From contig OZ076409.1 of assembly GCA_964187785.1 (NCBI GenBank), positions 32,180,001 through 32,244,000 on the forward strand: DNA of 64,000 nucleotides, read 5' to 3'. Origin of the DNA: Amphiscolops sp. MND2022 (lineage: Eukaryota). Below are positions 34,686 to 46,532 of this stretch, one piece after another. Each line of letters starts with the position of its first letter. Within the stretch, counting starts at the first letter, position 1. The notes beneath the pieces were generated by a model that did no database searches, was not told where the DNA came from, and saw only the letters and a list, made by a program, of their open reading frames with translations. Position numbers and translations under genes: made by a program.

Positions 34686-35848
34686 TTAAATTTTTTCCGA
34701 CTCCTAAAAAAATACATCACAATTAATATGGCAATGGATACAAAAGATTAACTAAATTAAAAAGTAAACTGACTTCGGCAATTATTGGCTGCGGAACGAC
34801 AGTAATCGTTGTCTCCGTTCAAATTGTCCTCGAAATACTCGATAGATACTCGCACAGTTTTTAGCAGAAAGTCGTTGTTAATTGAAAAGTTTGGGCTTTT
34901 GATCAAACAGAAAGTTTAGGGAAGATTGCTGGAAGCATATTCCATTGTCGGCCTAGGGTACTGTCCTATTCTGCATTTCTCTGGAACTTTTCTGCGACAG
35001 GATCTATATGAAATTTGACTTGGTGTCCAGAGCCCATCAAAAATAATTTCTTGGAAATTTCCTAAACCAAGCAAATGCCTTGATTGGTCACCGCGCGTTT
35101 GGATTGGGATATCCCGACGAAACGTTTCAGCACTGACACGTAATAAAGAGCTCTATTCACAGGTTAACAAGATACAAGCTGCGGACAAGTCCAGAGCATT
35201 CTGCTTCATATAGTTTGCTTGTCAACGGTAGCTTCACAGCTGGGTAAGTGAGGGAGCAGCATCTGTCTTCTTCATCGACTAGTTTTACCATGGCCTTCAT
35301 CTCCACGTCGAACTATATCTTCTCTAATTTCAACGTGAAGACGTTGCCCTTGGTGGTAATCGTAAGGTGGTTACCTAATAACAGAATAAAAATAATTTCA
35401 CTCAGTTATCAATTAATAAAAATTTTTTATATTGTAATGAAAAATTGAAAACAAATTGAAGCCATGAGAGAGATTGATGAGACAAACTGCCTATAAGCAT
35501 GTAGATTTTTCAAGAGGAAGCTTGTGGCAAATAATTATTCAGTTTTTTGTTTTATTTTCTTAGTACAGTAGCGGTTAGACTAGTTTTAATCAAATTGATA
35601 TAACATTCTCGCAGGGTACAATGTTCAGAAGTTCGTCTTGTTACATAATTGTAACGTTCGTAATATGACTGAAAAAAAAATTAAAACAAGAACTATGTTG
35701 TAGCTGACTCAAATACTTGATGCTAACTTTTACTCGAACAGTATCAATGTGACCTTTTTACGGATTTTGCGACGAAAGAACTTAGTCCAATCAGATGCGA
35801 GTATTCAGTTTCGTTCATCAAGTTTAGTTTCATCAACAGAAAAATCAA

Positions 35849-35949
35849 TAAACTTTCACTTCCATATTACAACAATATTACTGATTTACTACATTGATGC
35901 ATATTACTGTTTTACTACGTGCAGTTAGTAATATGGAAGTGAAAGTTTA
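35849..35949. repeat. 22-bp perfect inverted repeat with a 57-nt spacer
   Basis: taaactttcacttccatattac / gtaatatggaagtgaaagttta. Confidence 0.85.
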
Positions 35950-36499
35950 CTGAACTGCTAGTAACAGTCCAATTCTCTTACGCTACTTTTCGCGTTGACA
36001 TTATGAATTGACAAGAACAATCAAAATTTGCCGAATAACAAGTTAAATAAACCATTCACTGGTACATTCTATCCCGGAATCATTTCGAATAATGATTATC
36101 ATACTTTTATCTTTTTCATCAATCTACCCTATATCCAGTGATCATCTGTGATATTCTATAGTGGCTGATAAGCTGAATACTTAAAGTTTAGTTAATGAGT
36201 TTGTTTTAGTTAAAAATTTTGGCGGAGCAAAACCAAGTCTTTTGGTTGCACAGTTCTGGCTAAAGAATCAAGACTTTGCGACATGAATTCCAAACTGTCC
36301 AAGAGCCTCAATGAATTGCGTAAACTCAAACATGTTTCGTCAGTTCTTGCAATAACTGACAATTTTTCTGAGGACACAGGTTACAACTGGAGGGAGCTAC
36401 AACAAAAAATGTCCCAGTTACGTGGCAATGATGATTTACTCTATTTGACACTTCGAAATCTTTGTGAAAAAACAGCAGTCAGCTGATGGCGCCGATGAA

Positions 36500-37399
36500 T
36501 TTTCATTTTTCTGCGTTTTACACAATTTCAGGAAATTGAATTTGTTTTTCTCGATAACTCCATTTGCACCAATCTCGTAATGCTGAACAAATTTTCCAAG
36601 CAATTCGGTCCTCGCTAAAAAGATTGCTTGATGACACCCACTGAAACTGAAATTTGACAATTGAAAAAAGGAAAAAAGGCGTTTGAGACATGTTCCGTTT
36701 CAAGACATGTTGATATCAGTTCCGACAAAACCGGTTTTTTGGTCCCTTTGCTTGCTTCTTTGGTGATCTCGATAAATGGTGAATGATGTTCGAAAAGTTT
36801 TCATTCAAACAATAGTGGCTTTTTCCCCTTCGATTAAGGCAAGAGAACTTTCCTTGTTCTTGCTGTTGTAAACGTTGACAAGTTGGTTACCAACCATTTT
36901 CTCTCGATTTTACCAAAACGTAGATTTTGTATTTGTTTTGCAACTCGAACGATAGGATACGAGAATGGTATGAGCATTTCGCTGGCATTGATCCTATTTT
37001 TGAAATTTTTCAAATGTCTTCAATGGATGCCCAACGAAAGATAAAATAGCTGCAGCAACGCAGTATAAGAATGACAGGCTGTCTTTCTCATTGATGAACA
37101 TCGAGACTTCGACTCACTTTCTGGAGAACAGCTGGAATCTCAATATATGAGCCACCAACAGCGGAATAACGTTTCAGCACTTTAACAACTGTTTGCAGTT
37201 CGAAACGCATGAAGTTTTGCACAACCCAGCCTGAACAACCGGTAGCGGAAACATTTAATTGGTTATCTACGGTCATTTCAACAGCCAACCTCACCATGTT
37301 AGAGATGAGGTAGCTTCAGTTGATTCTTCAACGATGGGTTTGACCAATCCAGGACTGCTTGGAAATCCTGTTTCAAAATTCGCAGTTGTGTTCAACAAG
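36500..37399 (-). pseudogene. Decayed Polinton PolB-associated N-terminal region; probably continues at ~39384-39900
   Basis: GCSGWV..GGSYIEIPAVLQ..SFLYCVAAA matches the GSGW..GGSYI.LP..CF.W block; C2H2-like CLKVF..LTIHIKTKH at ~39740-39800. Confidence 0.5.
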
Positions 37400-39383
37400 C
37401 ATTACGACGCCAAACAGGGAACTTTTGACTGCAACAGATCTGTTGCAGTTTGGTGTGGATTCTTCACATCGATTACATTACGTGGGTTTTCAAGAATTGA
37501 GGAAAGTGGAGTGAAACAATTTTCTGGACTCTTGCACTAATACCTGCGTAACCTGCGAAGAATCGCCGAAACAAAATTTTCACTGTTTTCCTGAATTCTT
37601 GAAATTTTTGTGGATTCTTCGTTTCGTATGAAATCACAGAAATACCATAAACAAAATTTGTGGATTCTTCCTTTTGTAAATGAACAATTTTGTTGAAGAT
37701 GTTGAAATGGTTTTCACAATAAAAGTCCCCCGTTTGCCGAATTTTAAAAAAGTCCAATTAATTGTAGTGAAATGAATGATTTTGTAACGACTCCAGGAGC
37801 GTTTAAGTACAATGTTCAAAATAGATAAACCCCCACCCCAGTTTGTCAAATTTAAAAAAAATCCCTATTTCTAAATGTAATGAAGCATGAGCCCCAACTT
37901 CAGTTGTGGAAAAATTTTTTATCGGTGGAAAGAAAGTTCAAAAATTCTCCTGTTTAAATATAAATATCTCATATAACAAGATGGTAAATTTGTTGGGGAG
38001 ATATGTTTTCAAATTAGATTTTAATTCTTAAATTACGTCCCGGGGGGACCGGGGAAGGTTCTAAACATCTCCTGGTTTTTTAAAATAAATTCCCCACATG
38101 AAGAAACTTCATATCAACTGTAATGAAACAGTTAATTTTGAAACAACTCCAGGAGCGCTAAAATAAAAGGTATCAAACACACCCCATGTTTGCCGTTTTT
38201 AACATGTGAAAATTTATCCCCAAACACCCCCCCTTCGCCAATTTCAAAAACTTCACATCACGTGTAGGAGAAGTTAACTTTAGAACGACTCCAGGAGCGT
38301 TCAAATAGATTGTATCAAATACCTCACCCATCCCCCGGTTTGCCAAATTTAAAAAAATCATTTCAATTTTAATGAAAATGTTAATTTTGGAACGACTCTA
38401 GGACCGTTCAAACTTAATGTGCCTCACGCAAACTTAATATCAATTGTATAGAAAAAGCTATTTTTCTAACGACTCCAGGAGCGTTCAAGTAATTTCAAAT
38501 ATCGCACTGCACCCTGTTTGACAAATTCAAAAAAATTGTCATAACAATTATAATGAAACAGTTGAACTGTTTATAAAGTTAACAATTGTTGAAAGACTTA
38601 CGTTCGTTCCTCAAAATTCTTTCATTTTCATGTAATGCCTCTTCAGTTACGACGAGGAAATACATGTGTTTAGCATGACACGCAAGTTTATGTTTGTCAT
38701 TGTGAATCATCTAGCGGCCTCAGCAATCGAAGTACATGTATTGAAGATATTAATCAACCAGTGTAGCTCCAAAACAGTTCCTGAACTTGAAATCCTAGGC
38801 TTTCATTAAAGTTGTTCGGTCATAAATAAAGAAGGCCAAAAGGAAGTCTCGAAAAGAATTGTAGTACTGAAAGTAATACTATATTTTTGAAAGTAATTCT
38901 ACATTGTCAGTAAAATATTAATTTGAACATTGTTCGTTGATAGACGGCAACGAGGTCATGTACCGCTGTTCGCTTTCGAAGAATCGAGAAAATGTTGAAG
39001 AATTTACGAATATACGAAGAATCTTCACAGCAGTTGTTAGGCATGCTAACACATCTTATTATGATTGTGAAGATTCCACAAAAATAATTGAAAATAATTG
39101 CTTCGTGAAGAATCCAAGAAAACTTGTGAAGAATCCAGGAAAGCTTGTGAAGAATCAAGAAAACTTTGAAGAATTGACGAAAATCGAAGAATCTTCAAAC
39201 CCATTATTAAACATGGGAACCATAAATTATAAATATTGTGAAGAATCCACAAAACCATTTCCTCATTTCTTGAAAATTTCATTTTTGCACTAGAAATTTC
39301 TAGAAAACACATTTTGGTAGTCGCAAAAGCCAATTTTCCTCAATTCTTGAAAAACACAAAGTTCCCTGTTTGGCGTCGTAATG
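37400..39383. mobile_element. Non-autonomous TIR element (CACTA/EnSpm- or foldback-like), ~2 kb
   Basis: Perfect 26-bp terminal inverted repeat CATTACGACGCCAAACAGGGAACTTT; subterminal gtggattcttc / gaagaatccac arrays; internal aacgactccaggagcgtt repeats; AG on both flanks. Confidence 0.75.
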
Positions 39384-40499
39384 AGGAACCTGCGAAACCC
39401 AGAGTATTGTCTTTCAAAGAAACCTAAAAGTTGAGGGGTCAATGGTACACGTTTCCTGTTTCAAGCCGATGTATTTGAAAGCGGGAATTCAATGCTCTTG
39501 TAGTGAATTCAACCACTGATGACTCTTAAAGACGCCGTCAAGGTGTAGTTGTAATTTCATAGCCATTCTCGTGATCATTAAGAGATTTTGAACAGCCAAA
39601 TAAAGTGACAAGAAGCACATCGGTAGTGGCCATTCAAATGATGTTGTGAACGTGGACGTCTCGGAAGAATTTTGATTTGTGTGATGCCAACAGAAGTGTC
39701 CACACTTTGGAAAACTTTGACATTCCGCGAACCATCGAAGTGTTTGGTTTTGATATGAATTGTTAGTGCTCATTCTGAAGTGAAAACCTTCAAACATTGG
39801 TAACTCGAGTACACCTAAGGTGAGCATCTTACACAGCCTTTCAAAGTAGCTTGAAAAGACAATGTTTAAAGCACCACGAATAAAATTGGCCGCAAAACGT
39901 TTTATAGTTCAAGAAAAAACAGATTGATGCGAAGAATTCCACAATTACAACTCGCTCAATTGAAGAACTTCAGACCGCTAAAAGAGCCTCAAATCCAGTT
40001 AATGCTATCCGAACTTTAGAAAGTATATTTAACTATGTCGGAACATTTTGTTTTTGCTTTGATTGAGGACTATAGTTTAATTTCCAATAGAAGCCTTTTT
40101 CGTTTTTTCCTGGTTTTTTGAGAACTGGAACGAAACGTTCATATTACTGAATTTCGAATCTTATCCGAAGTTAAATATAGATTGTAACTTCGTTCAATTT
40201 AGGCAGAATGATACTTTGTATAATCTTTTGTTTCCGTAACTTTGGATGGAGAAGGTTGAATGCATTTGACAACAAATCAGAAAGTGACACTGAAATGTCA
40301 GCTCAGTTTACTTTGTTCAGTTTCGGCTGCCAACAGAAAAATTGAAACTAAAATTTTGCATAGTGAATGAATTTTGACAGTCAGGTGTGAAAGTGATACA
40401 AAGTTTGACAGTTCAAACATCTGGATCTTTGACCTTTCTGACTTAAACTTTTCGGTTTGGGAGCCAAAAAGTGCACACCAGCGCCCTCCCCATCTATTA

Positions 40500-43400
40500 G
40501 TCTATTACTACTTTTTTCTCTACGTTAGAAGTATTATTATGTCCATCTGCAGTCTCCAAAAAGGTCACATTCTTTACAGTGCTTCTCATTATCTCTCTGA
40601 ACAGTTGCCAGTCCGATGTAGCATGATCGTGCCTTCAATTTTGTTCCTCTTGCATTCTAATAGCTCCTTTTTGCGAGCAGTTAACAATCTTACTTGTTCA
40701 AACAAGGTGAGATGATGCAAGTTCTCATGAGTTCAATTAAACCGTTCTGTTTCTTTGATAAAGTCAGTCAAGTTCTTGTTTTGGAGAGCTTCCGACAGGG
40801 AGCCTCGAAGTTGCCATTTTACTCTAGGCTCATTGAACATGTTGCAGAAGAGTAAGAAATGTTCTACTGTTTCTTCATTAAAACCACAGGAGCATCTTGG
40901 CGAGGGTGCTTTCCAAATTTTGTAGAGAAAACCGTTTAATTTGCAGGGGCCTGATATTAGTCTGAAGGTGTCTACTTCTTTCCGAGAAAATCTGAACTGT
41001 ATTTGAATTTTGTGGTTGAGTGGAACTGGCCGGGTCTCACATTGATGGGTACAGTCTCTGCCAAAGTCCTAATTCATAATTTTCGATTTCAGCTTGGTTG
41101 TATGTAAAAGTGTAGGCTGTCAATTATTTATGTCAATGTTTCTGTTTGTTCTTGAGTTGAATTTCCATGCCAAAAAACATTTAAGGATCTTTATGTCGCG
41201 TCTAACTTTCGGGTTTGTGTCAGCATTTTCAAGAATGTATTTTTTTATGTAGTCATTTGTGCTGAGAATTTTCGATGAGAAATTGATTGTCAGTGTTTGA
41301 ATTTGGATGTCTACAGTTTTGACCCCTGTCATCAGTTCCACATTCCTGACAGCCGGTTTGATGTAGCTTCCGGTGGCTGTGTGAAGAAGAGTGTTTTGTA
41401 ATTCGCTAATTTTACTGAGGTTTTCAATATTCCAGGCCGGAAGACAGTAAAAAACTTTTGGTTGAATAACCCATCTGTATAGTTTAATGATTGTTTTGCA
41501 ATTCAAACCGTTCGTTATCTGACAAAATTGGTTGAATTTGGCCCATTCAGCTCAGCCTTTTCTTGTTGCGGTCATGATGGTTTCATTGACAGCGCCAATT
41601 TCTTTTCCCGTGACAGCCAGTCTTTCTTTCACTACCTTCCTGCCTTTGTGGGTGAAATTTTGAGCTTTGGAGAAGTTGATGGGAAGAACAACAGTTTTGG
41701 AGACGTTGGTCATATTTTCATTCCGGAAGCACCATTTCGTGACCTGTTCTATGGCTTCAGACGCTTTCAGAAGCGAATCTGATGCTGTATTTGACTCGAC
41801 TAAGAGTGTAGTGTCATCGGCATATTTGTAGTGGGTAAGTGTGGGGTCGCTAACTATATCGATTATAAAAAAATGAAGAGTAGTGATAGAAAACTTCCTT
41901 GCGGTAGGCCAAGTTCACAACTAAACTGCGGCGATACGGTGTCATCGATTTGAATGCGGATAGCCCGGGATGAAAGATAATCATGAATCAATCGGTCAAG
42001 TTTTCCGACAACTCCTGCGTTTATAAGTTTAATAGTCATTAGGTTCATGTCCACACTATCAAAGGCTTTTTCAAGGTCAATCCCAACTAGGACAACTCGG
42101 CGTGTTTGGTAGTTGATACCACTGATGTCGCTGAAACTTTTGGCTTCTAGATATTCTTTCTTGCCATTTTTTGGGAGAAAAATAACCTTTCCTTCTCGCC
42201 AAACACATTTTTCCCATTCCAGTGATTTACAGAAGAGATGTTGAAGAATCAATCGGGAACGGGGACCGGAGTGCTTTATGAGTTTTGGATGAAAACCATC
42301 AGAATCGAAAGCTTTGTATGCGGTTTCAGTGCGATTTCTATTTCATGCAAAAATTAACTATTTCATGAGTGTAACGGGTTCGTTAAGAAAGCAGCTTTTT
42401 TCGTCAAGTGTGTCTTTGCTGAGAAGCCTAGTTTTGATAATCACAACGTGCAGTCGGTCAGTTTCACTGAAATTCTGGCTTATAAGGTGTTCGCCGGTGA
42501 AAAAAGATCTTTTTAGAACTTCCAGTCTTTCTTCTGCGGAAGTTTTCCTTCAAGCCCCTAGTTGTTTTCTCTGTCCACAATGAATCGTTGATATTTCTTC
42601 CAGAAGTCCGGCCCTGGTGTTTTGTTCAGATTTTTTAGGTTTCCTTGTAGCCAGGTGTTGAGTGAGCGGTTAAGTTCCAATTTGAAGAGTTCTTAAAGTC
42701 TCATTTACTGAGCCCAGAGACTGCCGTTTTCCCGCCGTTTCAGCTTTTTTTGACTTGTCGAAGAGCTTTTGAGAGTGAACTGAGACATTCATTCCAATAA
42801 GGCTTCGAGTGACGGGTGATAACTTTCGTGTCAATGAAGTCGATCATGCATTGCTTTAGTAGATCCTTGATGGAAAGCCAAATTTCAAAAGGGTCATCTA
42901 AGATTTCAATGTCTCCTAACATTGTCAGACTCATCTCATCCAGCGTTTGACAACAGTATTCCCAGTTAATTGTATTAAGATCCCATTCGACTTGTTTCTT
43001 GGCTGAGTTGGATACCAGCGATTCCCATGTGATTGGAAAGTGACCCCGATTGGGTGCACCTGTGAAGAGTTCAATTGTGTTGTCTGTCATGACGTTACTC
43101 AAGGAGGATAGAAGATTTGGACTGGTAATGCAGAGGTCTATTATGCTGGAGCCGTTTATGCAGCTGAAGGTTGGGGTATTAGGGCTTGTTACTGTTAGAT
43201 GCTCTGCTGATCCTATGTATTCATGAAAGAGTTGGCTGTTTTAGTTTCGAGTGATGTCGTTCCACGCTTCATGGCGGCAGTTGAAGTCTCAGTCCAAGAA
43301 TATCAGATTGTTTATAGTGTGTTCATTCCAGAAGGCGACATCACTCAAGTTGTTAGTCATTTCAACAGCATATCAAGTAAAGTTTGATCATCGGGTGGTA
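40500..43400 (-). mobile_element. Decayed LINE (APE + RT + C-terminal Zn knuckle; I-group-like)
   Basis: DFNCRH..W and IIDLCIT (APE); KVIFLPKNGK, GIDLEKAFDSVD, GLPQGS, YADD (RT); CSCG..ETVEHFLLFC. Confidence 0.85.
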
Positions 43401-43452
43401 TGTAGGCTGCTCCTACGACGAACGTTTTGTTCTCTTATGATTAGAGCGAAAA

Positions 43453-43691
43453 CATCATTATCATCATCATCATCTGTTGCCGCCTTGTCCCAGCTGGCTG
43501 AGGTTGGCGGGGAGTCCCTCAATCCTCGAACGCCAGAAAACCCTATTGAAAGCGTCCACTTCCGATAGTCGGCGAGCCTTCAGTATCTCCCGCACAGCGT
43601 TATCCCAGGTCTCCTTGGGCCTACCGGGTAGCTTTTTTCCGGTAAAACTGAAATTGTGTGCCGCTTTCATCTTTTCGTCGCACCACGTGCC
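43453..43691 (-). mobile_element. 3' end of an RTE-like non-LTR element with a (GAT)n tail; its upstream bit continues at ~48793-48830
   Basis: PGRPKETWDNAV..NRVFWR followed by tcatcatcat repeats; joining across the Bel/Pao insertion restores LRWFGHVVRR. Confidence 0.75.
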
Positions 43692-44016
43692 TGTAAATTG
43701 TGTATATTTCCCTTTGGAAATTCAATGTATATTTCCCTGTGGAAATTCTCTCTGAATTCAATCTGATTCAAACGAGGTTTTTAACAGAAAGAGATTCAAT
43801 TAATGCTAGAAGAACGGAATAATCAGAGTTGAAATGTGGGAACTACCTAATCTGAATGGTTGAAAACAAAACCAATGAGTTTTACCGCACAAAGGTGTGA
43901 ACAAAAATCAAACTTCATACGTGAAACAATATCATTAGTTGCATGAACAGCATGGCAACGTGTCAGATAAACATGCCCAGAATAAAATTGAACTAAACGA
44001 AATTTTGGCGTTAACA
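43692..44016 (-). repeat. Bel/Pao 3' LTR
   Basis: Direct repeat of 48468-48792 with about 4 substitutions. Confidence 0.97.
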
Positions 44017-44259
44017 TACTCCGCCCCTTGGACTATCAGTTCAATATAAATGGGTCTCAATATATATATGGTCTTTCAGAGTGTGAAAATGCGATCAACC
44101 AGATCACAAGCTGTGCGTCCGAGTGGCGATGACGCCTTGCGTGAGCTCTTCACAGAGGTGGAGAAGGGGGCGGTAAAGAGCAAGCGCGTGTCAAGGGTGG
44201 CCGGACCATCGGAGATCGTCGTCGGCGAGCCCTGCGTGGTGTCCTCATCTGTGGTGACG

Positions 44260-46424
44260 CCCAGGGACGGAACAAAGTTTGTTGTTGACCAGAGTGCAGT
44301 GTTTCCCCATGCGCCTCGTGGATCAATAGCCTTGCCAGTGGAGTGTCGCCATCCAGGAGAATGGGGAATTTCTTGCTGTAAGGGTAGTTGGACTGAGATA
44401 ACCTCCCCCCAACGCGAAGAAGACACGTGCTATCTTCAATGAAAGGATTCAAACTCCGAATTTTGCTAACTCTAGTCAATTCCTGGTTTTTCTGCAGCTT
44501 TTCTAGCTCGGATTGGAACGAATTAGCTTGTTCGCTTCTCAGGATCTCAATACGAGCTTGTTCGAAAATTTCAATCGCCTTCCGAACAAGTGCAAATGTA
44601 CGAAAGAGTCGTTTCGATGAGGAGAATCTAGTAATCTGGATTACCTCTGAAGGGAGCGTAGAAGGCATCGAGAGCACTTGCTTGTTCTGCTTGACCTCCA
44701 AGTCGGTCTGTTTGGAGATTTGTTGCTGCTTGGGCCACTTTGTAGAATCTTGAGACAGCCAAGTCGGACCGTTCCACCAATTGGAACTTCTTGAGGCTCG
44801 GTATGTCCAACCCACGTGAGGCACTATCGGCTGGGTGGTCAGCAGTTCCAACGTGGTTCCATTGATTAGGCGGTAAGACTTCTTGAATTTGTGAAACTCT
44901 GTTGGCGACGAAGCAGTTCCATCGTCTCGGCAAACTTGAGATCCATGCTATTACTATTGTAGAATCTGTCCAAGCGACCCTGCTGGTGATGACGAATCCA
45001 CCTCGTTCCAAGGCAATGCTGGTGGCCTTCATCAACTTGCTAGCTAGTAGAGCTGCACACAACTCCAGTCGAGGCAGACTAACTGATTTTACTGGAGCAA
45101 CTCTTGTCTTTGCTGCGAACTTTGTTTCAATGCTATCACTGGTTGTGATTCGGGCGTAGATGGCCGCTGCATAGGCACTCTCTGAAGCGTCTGCGAAGAC
45201 ATGTAGCTGGATTTCTTCCTTCCGGTGATAGGACACTTGTCGAGGAAATCGAATTCCGTGAAGATTCTTGAGTTCTTCGTGAGTAGCTTTCCAGATCAAG
45301 TCAATATCTGGAGGAATGGGCTCGTCCCACTTCAAACCTCGTGTCCAGGTGCTCTGCATCAGAATCTTCAACTTGATTGTACATGGTGATAGCCAGCCCA
45401 TAGGATCTAAAGTTTCAGCAATTTCGGAGAGTAAGATTCGCTTCGTTTAACCGTTTTTGTACATTCCTCGATATTGGAAATTGAATGTGTCGCTGCTAGG
45501 ACACCACGCAACTCCGAGTGTCTTGATTGTGTAGTCATCTTTCTGAAGGTCTAGAACGGTCTTGGTTTCACGGAGAGCTTCAGGTAGGTCTTCCACAACT
45601 TGGGGAGCACACGATGACCATTTTCGCAATGGAAGTCCGAATTCGTTCAAACGCTTCAATAGTTTTTCTTGCAGTGTCTTGGCTTCCTCTACTGATTCTG
45701 CACCAGTAAGAAGATCATCTACGTAGAAACCGTTCAAGATAGGTCCTTTAACATCTGGGCCAGTCGATTGATGTCCAGCTTCTTGGAGTGCGCGTATTGT
45801 GTGAAATGAAGAAGAACTGATTCCATACGTCACGCGTTTCATTCTCAGATGAGATACGTCTGTTTGGGATTCAAATTTCCACAGGATCCGGTGGAAATCT
45901 TTCGCGGGAGTATCGAGCTTGATCTGTCTGTACATTTTCTCCACGTCTGCGGACAGAGTCACTGCGTGGACTTGGAAACGTAGGAGAATTCCAAAGATGT
46001 CGTCTTGTATCTTTGGACCAATCATTAGATTCTGGTTTAAGGAACGATTACTCGATGTTTTGGCTGAGCCATCAAATACGACACGCAGCTTTTTGGTCGT
46101 GCTGCTATCTTTTATCACGCAATGATGAGGAAGGTAGTTCGATCGATTGGGTTCTATTGCGATCTCATCAGAAGGGATCATTTCCATGTGATCCATTTGG
46201 AGGAATTCCTCTATAAAGTCTGAATACTTCTTCTTGAGATCAGGATTTCTCTCCAGCTTCTTCTCAAGCTGATTGAAGCGCTGTCTGGCTGTAGCTAGGC
46301 TCTCACCTAGGGGTTCTGTATCACGTTTGAAGGGCAAGGAAACAATGAAACGTCCGGTTTCATCTCTTGTCGTAGTTTCCTTGAAGTGATCTTCACAATC
46401 GATTTCTTCTTGGCTATGTTTCAT
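44260..46424 (-). pseudogene. pol: Bel/Pao pol: RT, RNase H and start of integrase, frameshifted and truncated
   Basis: YLPHHCV, LRVVFDGS, ADVEKMYRQI, FYVDDLL; FADAS, PRLELCAA, WTDS; RVGGRL..H..TLH, with the integrase core absent. Confidence 0.92.
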
Positions 46425-46532
46425 AGCAGCAGGGAGTTCTTACAGCTCCCAGAAGCGAGAGAGCTGGGCGTCTGTAGAAACGTGATGAGATCTCACTTGA
46501 CTCGAAGGAATCTTCGTTTGACCTGTCACTAC

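Noticed and set aside
34840..35380. More balanced-composition stretch resembling an exon or TE fragment
   Set aside because: The frame translated by hand has stops, the ORF track shows nothing long, and no motif was recognisable.
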